A stretch of DNA of 53,481 nucleotides from an uncultured Bdellovibrionales bacterium (GCA_964643985.1 CAZXUS010000004.1:1-53481), one strand, 5' to 3'; shown: positions 10,995-19,419, numbered from the stretch's first letter. Notes: generated from the letters alone by a model not told the origin. Made by a program: numbers and translations.

Positions 10995-11369
10995 TTATTT
11001 AATCATTGCCACTGAATCGTTTTTCTCGATTTCTACAAAACTAACTTGTTCGGGATTTACCAATGCCAATCTTTCTCTTTCATTTTCAAAATGATAACTA
11101 GATTTTAATTGAGCCACTTCGATTTTCAAAGCTTTATTTTTTTCTTCTAATTCTTCCAATATTTCTTCTTTAATGTTAATTTCTTGTCCCATCGTTGCTA
11201 ATTGATTTATTTGAAAAATATAAGCCAAACTGGACACTCCCGTCATTACAAATAAAAACAGCAAAACCAATCTTAGACTAAAGATTCGACAAATATTTTG
11301 AGATTTTTTAGTTTTATTTTTATTAGAACTAAAACTCTCGCAATTTTTTATCAATAATGATTTTCTCAT
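10995..11369 (-). CDS. ftsL: FtsL-like septal protein
   Basis: One TM plus coiled coil, between rsmH and ftsI; ATG 11369 preferred over TTG 11405. Confidence 0.65.
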   Translation of the reverse strand: MRKSLLIKNCESFSSNKNKTKKSQNICRIFSLRLVLLFLFVMTGVSSLAYIFQINQLATMGQEINIKEEILEELEEKNKALKIEVAQLKSSYHFENERERLALVNPEQVSFVEIEKNDSVAMIK

Positions 11370-11432
11370 TAAATTTAACTGAAGTTTATTGTCAAAAATT
11401 TTCAAATTTGACCTTAAACTTTTTTTTATTTT

Positions 11433-12365
11433 TTATTCCATTACTCTTTCTGCCACCCGAAGTTTTGCACTCCGAGATCTTGAATTTTCTTTTAATTCTG
11501 TCTCTGACGATCGAATCGGCTTTTTGGTGATTATTTTCAAAATCCTCTTTTGATTACAAACACAAATCGGGAATTCCTTGGGACAAATACATCCCCCTGT
11601 ATTTGCCCTAAAGAACTTTTTCACTAATCGATCTTCGAGAGAATGAAAACTTATCACTGCTAACCGACCTTCGTTATTTAAAACGTCCATTGATTCTTTT
11701 AAAAAAATTTCCAGATTTTCCAATTCATTATTAACAGCAATCCGCAAAGCCTGAAAAACTTTAGTAGCCGGATTCATTCCCCTCCTAGCCTTGGCATTCC
11801 CAATTACTATTGTTTCTAGTTCTTTGGTAGTTTCAATTTTCTTTTCTTTTCGATTTTCTATTATTCTTTTGGCAATTTTCCTAGCATTAGATTCTTCTCC
11901 GTATCGAAAAAATATATCCACTAACGATTCTTCCTTCCAGCTATTTACAATATGATAAGCTGTTCGAGTTCCTTCTCTGCCCAATCTCATATCCAACGGT
12001 GCGTCAATCTGAAAACTCATCCCATATTCTTTGTTTTTCACTTGGTCTAATCGCCAACCTAAATCAGCAATAATTCCATCTACTTTTTCAATTTTTAAAT
12101 CTTTCAGAATTTCCCGAATATTAATAAAATTATCTTTTATTAAATAAATTTTCGATCCCCTTTTTTTATTTTTCCCTATCTGCTCTTCAAATTCATCAAT
12201 AGCCTTCTGGTCTAAATCGATTCCAATGAAAGTTCCCTTCTCTCCAATCTGGTCCATCACCAACTGGCTATGTCCTCCTCCACCCAAAGTGGCATCCACT
12301 ACCGTCATTCCTGGCTTTAAATTCAAACTATTCACTGTCTCCCCCAGTAAAACTGTTTTATGCAT
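11433..12365 (-). CDS. rsmH: 16S rRNA m4C1402 methyltransferase
   Basis: HKTVLL, DATLGGGGHS, PLDMR, FQALRIAVNNEL, SFHSLEDR, RSAKLR. Confidence 0.98.
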   Translation of the reverse strand: MHKTVLLGETVNSLNLKPGMTVVDATLGGGGHSQLVMDQIGEKGTFIGIDLDQKAIDEFEEQIGKNKKRGSKIYLIKDNFINIREILKDLKIEKVDGIIADLGWRLDQVKNKEYGMSFQIDAPLDMRLGREGTRTAYHIVNSWKEESLVDIFFRYGEESNARKIAKRIIENRKEKKIETTKELETIVIGNAKARRGMNPATKVFQALRIAVNNELENLEIFLKESMDVLNNEGRLAVISFHSLEDRLVKKFFRANTGGCICPKEFPICVCNQKRILKIITKKPIRSSETELKENSRSRSAKLRVAERVME

Positions 12366-12375
12366 ATCAAGATTT

Positions 12376-12497
12376 AATTTCTAATTTTGAATTTTAAATT
12401 TTGAATAAATTTTGAATTATCTAATTTAGAATTAAAAATCTTTTTTTATAATATTTTAATTATTCAAATTCATTCAAAATTTAAAATTCAATAAATT
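12376..12497. repeat. AT-rich ~7-mer tandem array arranged as an inverted repeat (family C)
   Basis: ttttgaa/ttttaaa units followed by ttcaaaa/ttaaaat units. Confidence 0.65.
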
Positions 12498-12512
12498 CTC
12501 TGAGGCTTATGG

Positions 12513-12611
12513 GTTTGAGCAAAGTTCGAGGAAAAAACGAGCATTCAAGTGAGGTGCATTAAACATACAGCGAACTTGAAGCGCAGTTTTTGACAAAGAA
12601 ATTTGCCAAAC
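12513..12611 (+). repeat. Family B hairpin element, copy 3 (diverged)
   Basis: TTTGAGCAAAGTTCGAGG...GACAAAGAAATTTGCCAAA with compensatory changes; just 3' of mraZ stop. Confidence 0.75.
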
Positions 12612-12623
12612 GCGGAAGTCCTT

Positions 12624-13058
12624 CTAATAAATTCCTAATCTTCCAAGTTGCTCTGCAATCTTATCCTGATCTTTCTCCGCTCCACTCTTATATTTCTCCC
12701 AAACTCCTTCATCCCAAATTTCCAATCGATTAAACAATCCCGCTACCGTCACTCCTTTTTTCAATTTAGCATAATCTTTCAAATAATCTGGAATAATAAT
12801 TCTTCCTTGAGCATCCAAATCCAAATCGATCGCTCCAGCCAACATCAAACGGACAAAACTTCGAGTTGACTTTTCTCCTACTGGCATATTTCCCAATTTC
12901 TCAGCGATTTTTTCCCATTCTTTCATTGGATAAACAAACAAACATTGGTCCAACCCTCTCGTGACGACCACTTTCCCCTTGAAATCACCGCGAAATTTTG
13001 ACGGTAAAGCCAACCTTCGCTTGCTATCTATAGAATGTTTGTATTCGCCGATGAACAT
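12624..13058 (-). CDS. mraZ: Transcriptional regulator MraZ
   Basis: MFIGEYKHSIDSKRRLALP, DAQGRIIIP, RLEIW. Confidence 0.98.
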   Translation of the reverse strand: MFIGEYKHSIDSKRRLALPSKFRGDFKGKVVVTRGLDQCLFVYPMKEWEKIAEKLGNMPVGEKSTRSFVRLMLAGAIDLDLDAQGRIIIPDYLKDYAKLKKGVTVAGLFNRLEIWDEGVWEKYKSGAEKDQDKIAEQLGRLGIY

Positions 13059-13302
13059 GTTAGCTGTTAATTACTGGACTTATTGTCAAATAACCTTTGG
13101 CTACAAAATCATAATTTTGGTTAAATTTTTTTCAAATTTTCTTGAATTAGCGAATGCTAGTCCTTCAAAAATTATTCAAAAAATTTACCTCAAAATTCTT
13201 ATTTCTCGCTATCAAAGTTTATTTTGCAATAAATCCTTAGGGTTTATTTTTTATCAAAGTATTTGCCTTCGTCTCTTCTTTTATGTTTATTTTCTATCTT
13301 TG

Positions 13303-13445
13303 TTCATTAAATTTTTAATTTTATAATTTTTAATTTTTAAATAAATCTTAAATCTAAATTTTTTAAACACCCTGTTTAAGCAACAAATTTAGAATTTAAA
13401 AATTAAAATTTATTTATAAAATTACAAAATTAAAAATTAAAAATT
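13303..13445. repeat. Family C heptamer inverted array
   Basis: tttttaa-type units, then ttaaaaa/taaaatt units around a short centre. Confidence 0.6.
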
Positions 13446-13469
13446 GTCCTAATATCTCGTTTGCGTTAC

Positions 13470-13593
13470 CAGAACTTTTTATTTTGAGTGCAATTCAAGG
13501 AAAATTCGAGTACCGAACGAGGTGCACTAACCTAGTGCAACGAGAGAGTGACGGAGAATTTGACGTAGAAGTGTGCCAAAATAATAAGTTCTG
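13470..13593 (+). repeat. Family B hairpin element, copy 4
   Basis: cagaactt..TTTGAGTGCAATTCAAGG...tgcactaacctagtgca...GACGTAGAAGTGTGCCAAA..aagttctg. Confidence 0.8.
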
Positions 13594-13607
13594 CCATTTA
13601 ATATTCC

Positions 13608-13659
13608 CCACCTTTCGCCACTTAGTACCATTGTAAACCACCAGACCCACCTCTGTCAA
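13608..13659 (-). promoter_or_regulatory. dcw (mraZ) promoter with MraZ-binding GTGG repeats
   Basis: TTGACA (13659-13654), 18 nt, TACAAT (13635-13630); five GTGG/ATGG boxes at 9-10 nt period (13647, 13638, 13628, 13618, 13608). Confidence 0.8.
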
Positions 13660-13804
13660 ACTTTTTAGGGATTATTCTTTTTTCAAAAAAATAAAATCAT
13701 TAAAAAAACGGCTTAATAATGCCGTCTAAAAAACTATTTAAAATATTATTTTTCTAATTTATACCAAATATTTATTCCGGTTATCAACAATTCGTCAACA
13801 ACCC

Positions 13805-13915
13805 AAATTTCTATTGAAATTTAATTTTCAATTTACAATTTACAATTTATCCGCCTCGGCAAGCCTCAGCGAGACGGGCAATCAATTTTCAATGACTAAA
13901 TTTTCAATTTTTAAA
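13805..13915. repeat. Composite: family C (tttcaat/ttacaat) array with family A hairpin at 13850-13879
   Basis: ..tacaattta|tccgcctcggcaagcctcagcgagacggg|caatcaattttcaatg..; same junction as 24200-24290. Confidence 0.75.
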
Positions 13916-13928
13916 ATTTTCTCTGAAT

Positions 13929-13963
13929 AAAAAACAGGGTGTCGATATTATTCAACTACCCTG
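13929..13963 (-). terminator. Intrinsic terminator, CAGGG..CCCTG family
   Basis: Minus strand cagggt-a-gttga ataata tcgac accctg tttttt. Confidence 0.75.
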
Positions 13964-13983
13964 CTTCAGAAAGCCACTCAAGG

Positions 13984-14655
13984 CTATTCTGATTTTTTAG
14001 ATTTTATAACGATAAAGTCCAATGGTCCGTTCTCTACGTAGACATTTCGAATAAAATATTCTTTGCCTAGCTCGAATAAACTCAAGTTAGGCATTACCCT
14101 TTCCACTAAGTCCGAAACAGAATATTCTAATTCGAAACAATGGTCAGGAAAGATCTTTCCTTTGCCTCGCAAAAGAATAATATCGAAACGAAACCCCAGT
14201 GAATTCAAAACCAATCCGTCCGTTATTTCTCCAGGATTTAAATAAAATCTTTTCAGAGCATATTCACGACCCTCTAAAGAAATATCTGAAAGCGACCCCT
14301 CGACAATTTGTCCTCTAATTTTCAGAATATCTTCACGAGAAATTTCAACGGGTGCCTCTTTGTTCTCCAAAATCTCAATAAAAATACTCCCATTTGTTAA
14401 ATTTTCGACGAAATAACGTTCTGTGAGCCCTTCTCTACTAAAAATCAAAGGCTTTAAAGAAAAAAAATGTCCACAAGAAAATTTTTCATCGCAATTATCT
14501 CTTGATTTCCAAAGCTCGCAAGAACCTTCTCCAAAAGTTTTTAGTATAATCTCAAATCCGAAACTCAAAGAAATTAATATTTCGATTAATTCCTGATCTT
14601 TGATTCTGATACTCGAATCATTGTCAGTTAATTCGATTTTTCTTATTTTGCTCAT
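13984..14655 (-). CDS. Hypothetical protein, possibly degenerate cupin-like fold
   Basis: 223-aa ORF, SD GGGAGG, promoter TTGCAA-17-TAGAAT, own terminator; cupin-like pattern is weak. Confidence 0.75.
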   Translation of the reverse strand: MSKIRKIELTDNDSSIRIKDQELIEILISLSFGFEIILKTFGEGSCELWKSRDNCDEKFSCGHFFSLKPLIFSREGLTERYFVENLTNGSIFIEILENKEAPVEISREDILKIRGQIVEGSLSDISLEGREYALKRFYLNPGEITDGLVLNSLGFRFDIILLRGKGKIFPDHCFELEYSVSDLVERVMPNLSLFELGKEYFIRNVYVENGPLDFIVIKSKKSE

Positions 14656-14746
14656 TTAGAACCTCCCTTCTCTCATAAATAATTACTTCTATTGATAAAA
14701 ATGTACTGGAAAATAATTCTATCTCAATTCAAGATTCATTGCAAAC

Positions 14747-14785
14747 AAAAAACAGGGCAATCGATAATATCGACTTCCCTGTTTT
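14747..14785 (-). terminator. Intrinsic terminator, CAGGG..CCCTG family
   Basis: Minus strand cagggaagtcgatattatcgattgccctg tttttt; similar to 13929-13963. Confidence 0.75.
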
Positions 14786-14864
14786 AAAAATAACTCTTTA
14801 TAATTATTTTGTTTTTCATTTTCAAAAAGAACAACCACTAATTTTTTATTCCCCTCATTTTTAA

Positions 14865-15302
14865 TCAAAACGCATTTGGCGCAAAAAACCACTTATCGCA
14901 TTTGTGACAACGTATTCCGTTTCTCTTACCGCTTTTAGTATTAACAAGAACCGCACCTGCCATCCCATTGTCTTTATGACAAAATGGGCAAATTCTACCT
15001 AACCGTCCTTCCCCGTAAAAAACTTTACCGAAAAATGGACTGCTCCATTTTTCACCCGCTAGAAAAATTTTAGAGCCACATTTCGGACAAATCCAAACCC
15101 GAAATTTAGCCCCTAGCTGAAAATCAGTTTTGATTATTATTGATTTTGCCCCTTTCAAAGACATTTTGCAAATTTCAAATTCACCAGTTTCTTCGTTCCG
15201 ATTCTCAACCGGACAAAGATCTGGATCAACCGAATTAGCTTCTGGAATTAACCTATGAGTCCAAATTTTTTCTGGATTATTCATCTTTTTCAGATTATTC
15301 AT
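14865..15302 (-). CDS. Hypothetical multi-Zn-ribbon protein
   Basis: CPKC, CPFC, CHKC plus two more Cys; start moved to ATG 15302 after SD AGGAGG; promoter TTGATT-17-TAGGAT. Confidence 0.75.
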   Translation of the reverse strand: MNNLKKMNNPEKIWTHRLIPEANSVDPDLCPVENRNEETGEFEICKMSLKGAKSIIIKTDFQLGAKFRVWICPKCGSKIFLAGEKWSSPFFGKVFYGEGRLGRICPFCHKDNGMAGAVLVNTKSGKRNGIRCHKCDKWFFAPNAF

Positions 15303-15541
15303 TTTTCCTCCTGACAAAATAATAGTTAATTTAACTTTCTTTTTACTTGATAAATCAAAGAACTGAAAAATCATCCTAGCTTAAAATTTTAAAATAATCA
15401 AATTTCAATAATCAAAAATCCGTTCAAAACATCAATTATTACACGACTTTTTTAAGAAAATTAATTGTTATTAAAGCTGAAATATGCTATTGTTAATAGA
15501 GCAGTTTTTTGGCAATAATCAATAATAAACGGGAGGTTATT

Positions 15542-15718
15542 ATGATTACAGAAGGAAGAATCGAAACAACTTTCGGACTTGAGGTTTTACTTAAGTTAAC
15601 AAAATCTGAGATTCCCAAAGGAGAAGACGGGAAATACTCAGAAAAAGATCTTCTGAATGAAAAAGATGCAATTTCAAAAAAAATGGATGAACAAAACATC
15701 CATTTAGAACCGAGATAA
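15542..15718 (+). CDS. Small hypothetical protein (58 aa)
   Basis: SD GGGAGG then ATG 15542; extended -10 TGCTATTGT; terminator-like aaaaatcgct..agcgatttttt after the stop. Confidence 0.65.
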   Translation: MITEGRIETTFGLEVLLKLTKSEIPKGEDGKYSEKDLLNEKDAISKKMDEQNIHLEPR

Positions 15719-15893
15719 AAAGACGCCAGCTAAAACTGAAAAATCGCTTCATGCAAACCACATGTAGCGATTTTTTACTACCTAAAATCAAAATTATAAA
15801 ATAAATTTCCAAATTTAATTTTTCATTTTATATTACTACTGTATAACATTAGGTGATAACGCTAAATTTTTATTTTTACTACATAATATGTGA

Positions 15894-16070
15894 TTATTTC
15901 TTCCAGCCTTTGATAATCAAAACTTCTCCACGTTTAGCGACAACCACTTTTTGTTTTTCCCGCCAACCAAGTTCACGAATCATTTCGATTGGAATTGTCA
16001 CAGAAATTGATCGCTTGCCAACCTTAGTTAATTTTCTAACATTTCTTTCTTTTGAATTTTTGTCACCCAT
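15894..16070 (-). CDS. AbrB/MazE/SpoVT-family DNA-binding protein (58 aa; not in ORF track)
   Basis: MGDKNSKERNVRKLTKVGKRSISVTIPIEMIRELGWREKQKVVVAKRGEVLIIKGWKK; swapped-hairpin pattern. Confidence 0.88.
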   Translation of the reverse strand: MGDKNSKERNVRKLTKVGKRSISVTIPIEMIRELGWREKQKVVVAKRGEVLIIKGWKK

Positions 16071-16093
16071 AATTTTTATTAATTTTTATTTTT

Positions 16094-16129
16094 AAATAAG
16101 ATTACGTAATCGATTACGTAATCTTATTT
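16094..16129. promoter_or_regulatory. 36-bp perfect palindrome built on two tandem GATTACGTAATC palindromes (candidate operator)
   Basis: aaataagattacgtaatcgattacgtaatcttattt, ~25 nt upstream of the AbrB-like start. Confidence 0.7.
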
Positions 16130-16276
16130 TTTGTTTTAATCCTTAAAACATTCCACCGAAAAACAACCTTTATTCTCCAGACATTTTAAAATTTCTTTAT
16201 TATTTTCCGAAAAACATTTTTTATTAAAAAAGCTTTTACTTTAATATAATTATTTTAACTACCGTTTATTAATTAT

Positions 16277-16978
16277 TTAATAATATTTTTCTCTCACATC
16301 TTTAAATCTATCAAAATCTTTTATCCAACCTCTTGATTTAATATCCTTCTTCCATTTCTCAAAAATACATACAGCTTTTTGAGGATTAATAAATTTATCT
16401 TGCGCTAACCATAAAAGCAGACCTAAAGGATCAAAAACCTTGAAGCCTTCTACTCTGCTAAGTTGAGTTGATTGGTCTTTATCATTAACAAAAACAACAC
16501 TTTTTTTTCCTTGATTGTTTAAAAATCGCGCCAAATTGATATTATCTATATCAGCAGGTTTATTTTTTCTTTTAGCCTTACTTTCCATTCTCTTGTAAGG
16601 AGGAGAACAATCAAATAATGAGTTTTGATAAGTAGTGCTTTGATTAGTTAATGACACTATTTCAATTTTATTTTCACTACAAGGATCAATTTTTTCTTCA
16701 ATGAAAGAACCGTCGCTAGAAGAAATAACTAAATAATCGTCATCAGAAAAAGCGTTGTAAGTTTCGCTACTCTCAACAGAACAACCCAACAAAGTATTTT
16801 GGATTTGATAAACAAGCTCAGATTTTGAACCTTCTGAACTATTCAAAGAAATATTTTTGGAAGCTAAGAAATCTTCGACAATAACACGACTGTCATGAAA
16901 AGATTGAAACGATTGACTTGCTGATTGATCCAATATCCAAATAGAATCTTTATAATCATCAAAATTATAGGTATTCAT
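16277..16978 (-). CDS. Putative PIN-like domain protein
   Basis: WILDQS, ADIDNINLA, VFVNDKD acidic motifs; DUF3368-like tail KVFDPLGLLLWLAQDKFI; ATG 16978 just after the upstream stop. Confidence 0.55.
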   Translation of the reverse strand: MNTYNFDDYKDSIWILDQSASQSFQSFHDSRVIVEDFLASKNISLNSSEGSKSELVYQIQNTLLGCSVESSETYNAFSDDDYLVISSSDGSFIEEKIDPCSENKIEIVSLTNQSTTYQNSLFDCSPPYKRMESKAKRKNKPADIDNINLARFLNNQGKKSVVFVNDKDQSTQLSRVEGFKVFDPLGLLLWLAQDKFINPQKAVCIFEKWKKDIKSRGWIKDFDRFKDVREKYY

Positions 16979-16983
16979 TTTAT

Positions 16984-18012
16984 TTATTTCCACCCCTGCT
17001 TTACAATTCTCCATTGAACTTGTTGTTGTGGAATTTGGATTACTCCTTGAGGGGTTTGTTGGGGAATGTTAACTTGACCTTTTTTGAAATCGATTAAAAG
17101 ATCAAAATGATTGGATGTTTTTGCACTTTCGACAAAGGCAATTTGATATTCCTTTTTGATTTCCATACTATTACTTCCCAGTTCATCTTCAGGATTCCAA
17201 ATCATTCCAAAGTTCATTTCCTTTCGATATTCTTCATAGAGTTCGCTCATCGAATCCGCCAAAGAATCACTAGCTCTGACAACAGTTTTTACGCCCAAAT
17301 CGTCCTTGGCTTCTTTTCTACCAATATAGTATTGATGAGAATAAAGTTTTTCAGTGAAATACTCAACGACCTTTTTAGCTTCTTCTTCTTTCATTGGAGA
17401 ATTATGACTTTTCAAAAGTCTTTCGGCTAAAATTCTAATTAGATTGTAAGTCCGGTTGACATTCCCTAGAGCCAATGGATGAATTTGAGGATTAGCTTCA
17501 ACAAATTTATTAAAAATTTGAGTTAAATTTTCGTCGCTCTTGATTCCAAATTTGTTTTTGGCTAAATCCATATAAGCCACCACGTCCTCGACTGAAATTG
17601 GGATTTTATTTTGTTGATTTTTTGGGTCTTGAGGATTAAAAGCGTTAGCAGTTGAAGGATCAATCGGGGAAATTTCTGACAAATCACTCATTACGATTTC
17701 ATCCGCTCCCAAAGAAATCATAGTTGCAGCACTGTGAGCTTTATAAGGAATAATTACCGAGAACTTTTGGCAATACTCCCGAATCATAGAAACTAATCTC
17801 CAAGGAACCATAGTGTCGCCTCCAGTACTGTATAAAAATAAATCAATATTCTCTACTTTGCCAATTTGTCTTAATTGCTGACTAACAATTGGAATTATAT
17901 CCATAGCGACTTTAGCGCTCAAGGGACCTTGTCGGTCTCCTGTTATATAGGTAATGACTTTTGAATTTCTTTCTTTTTCTATTTTTTCAATTATTTTTTT
18001 TCTTTCACTCAT
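16984..18012 (-). CDS. ClpP-class serine protease (SDH_sah / S49-like family)
   Basis: LFLYSTGGD, AHSAATMISLGADEIVM, ISPIDP, YSHQYYI. Confidence 0.88.
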   Translation of the reverse strand: MSERKKIIEKIEKERNSKVITYITGDRQGPLSAKVAMDIIPIVSQQLRQIGKVENIDLFLYSTGGDTMVPWRLVSMIREYCQKFSVIIPYKAHSAATMISLGADEIVMSDLSEISPIDPSTANAFNPQDPKNQQNKIPISVEDVVAYMDLAKNKFGIKSDENLTQIFNKFVEANPQIHPLALGNVNRTYNLIRILAERLLKSHNSPMKEEEAKKVVEYFTEKLYSHQYYIGRKEAKDDLGVKTVVRASDSLADSMSELYEEYRKEMNFGMIWNPEDELGSNSMEIKKEYQIAFVESAKTSNHFDLLIDFKKGQVNIPQQTPQGVIQIPQQQVQWRIVKQGWK

Positions 18013-18082
18013 ATTTTTTAGTTAAATTGATAACTCTTCGAAACATTATAGCACTTATTGATTGTTTAGTCTAATAAAAATT

Positions 18083-18109
18083 TAAGATTACGTAATCAAT
18101 TACGTAATC
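18083..18109. promoter_or_regulatory. Second copy of the double GATTACGTAATC palindrome
   Basis: taagattacgtaatcaattacgtaatc (26/27 identical to 16097-16123); upstream of extended -10 GTGCTATAAT near 18045-18054. Confidence 0.7.
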
Positions 18110-18237
18110 CCAACTAACTCTATATATAAAAATTTTATTCCCCATTACTAATTGCCAATTACCGATTACTCTCCAATCACTTGAATCTGTCTACCTTCGG
18201 CGGATTTCTCATCAGCTTGTTTTTTATTCATAAATTT

Positions 18238-18771
18238 TTAGCTTAATTCTTTTTTAACTTCCTCAACTAATTCATCTGCTGGTCTATCAGTTATTACTTT
18301 TATTTTTTTACCAGGCATTACATTATAATCAAAATTATTGGGAATATAATTATTATTAGGATCCTTTAGCCGCTCCTCATCGCAATGAGCTTTATGACGA
18401 TCTTTTCTGCTAGTAAATCGTTCAATTCTTTTTTTCTCGTCAATACTACAGACTATAGTATATAAATCTAAATTGTATTTAATTTCCCATCTTTTAAATA
18501 ATTCTGCATCTTCTTTGAAACTAAAAACACCTTCTAAAATAATATCCACTTTGTTTCGAAATGCTTCTTCTGATAGTTTGAAGAGTAGCTCTATAGTGGC
18601 TTTTCCGACTTTTTTACTATCTGCTAATCCAGAACAATTAAAACTCTCGTAAATCCCTTCTTTAATAAAATCTTTTTCTAAACAAAATATCCCCAATTCT
18701 TTTGACAATTCTTTTGTTAAGGTAGTTTTTCCAGATCCAGGAAAACCGCAAATAATAATCAGTTTACTCAT
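18238..18771 (-). CDS. P-loop kinase / AAA_33-like ATP-binding protein
   Basis: IIICGFPGSGKTT Walker A; IILEG. Confidence 0.85.
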   Translation of the reverse strand: MSKLIIICGFPGSGKTTLTKELSKELGIFCLEKDFIKEGIYESFNCSGLADSKKVGKATIELLFKLSEEAFRNKVDIILEGVFSFKEDAELFKRWEIKYNLDLYTIVCSIDEKKRIERFTSRKDRHKAHCDEERLKDPNNNYIPNNFDYNVMPGKKIKVITDRPADELVEEVKKELS

Positions 18772-18819
18772 ATTATTTCTTCAATAAAACTAAAACAAAT
18801 CAATAAATTCTTATTTTCT

Positions 18820-19038
18820 CAACCTGCTCCTTTTTGGAACAAGTTGTTTTAAATTTAATCATTCCAATGATTTATTCAAATTTGCAAAGTGCCTTTTTTG
18901 CACAATTCAATTTTTTAAATTCAAATTATTTTTTACAATAATTCCCATCTCTCAGCTGTTGCAATTTTTGCAACAACTCAATTTCAGTTTAAATTATTTT
19001 TTTAAAAATTAAATTGCAATTTTAATTGCAATTTAATT
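18820..19038. repeat. Array of four short palindromes
   Basis: caacctgctcc-N5-ggaacaagttg; gtgc-N7-gcac; agctgttgca-N5-tgcaacaact; aaattgcaattt/taattgcaattt. Confidence 0.6.
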
Positions 19039-19045
19039 TAATCTA

Positions 19046-19372
19046 TTAACGTAAACCTAACTGACTTTTAAGTTGATCAGCTTCCTGTCTAGTCATCTGA
19101 CCAGCCTTCACCGATTCATCCAATTGTTTTAAAATTTTATCTTTTTCCTTTAAGATGTTCTGCGGATTCATCATCTTTCGCATCGCTTCTTCTCTTTTAG
19201 CTTGAGGCATTTTTTTGAAAAGTTTCAAAGCCCACCGTTCTTTTCGCGACATTTTAGAAGTATCAACATTCTCCAACATATCATCCATCTTATTCATCAT
19301 TCCATCTTTTTTTGGATCAGTTGATTGATCATCGTCATCATCATTTTTTTTACCAAAATTAAAAAAACCCAT
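19046..19372 (-). CDS. Hypothetical Met/Lys-rich helical protein
   Basis: 108-aa ORF co-oriented downstream of rpoD. Confidence 0.75.
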   Translation of the reverse strand: MGFFNFGKKNDDDDDQSTDPKKDGMMNKMDDMLENVDTSKMSRKERWALKLFKKMPQAKREEAMRKMMNPQNILKEKDKILKQLDESVKAGQMTRQEADQLKSQLGLR

Positions 19373-19419
19373 TTGATTAAAAATTAATTTTTAATAAACA
19401 TCCAATAACCAATAAAAAA

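Noticed and set aside
12961-13326. 121-aa + strand ORF upstream of mraZ
   Set aside because: Overlaps mraZ antisense and lies in its AT-rich leader; low-complexity translation.
13781-13789. DnaA box or origin (TTATCAACA; also TTATCCACC near 53470)
   Set aside because: Isolated one-mismatch boxes are expected by chance; no cluster or dnaA in the window.
13929-14785. Integron attC sites
   Set aside because: No RYYYAAC/GTTRRRY ends, too short, followed by T-tracts like terminators, and no integrase.
15853-16095. 80-aa + strand ORF
   Set aside because: The opposite strand encodes a convincing AbrB-like protein (15894-16070).
18820-19038. CRISPR array (units ~65 nt apart)
   Set aside because: Units differ in sequence, there is no constant direct repeat, and no cas genes are present.
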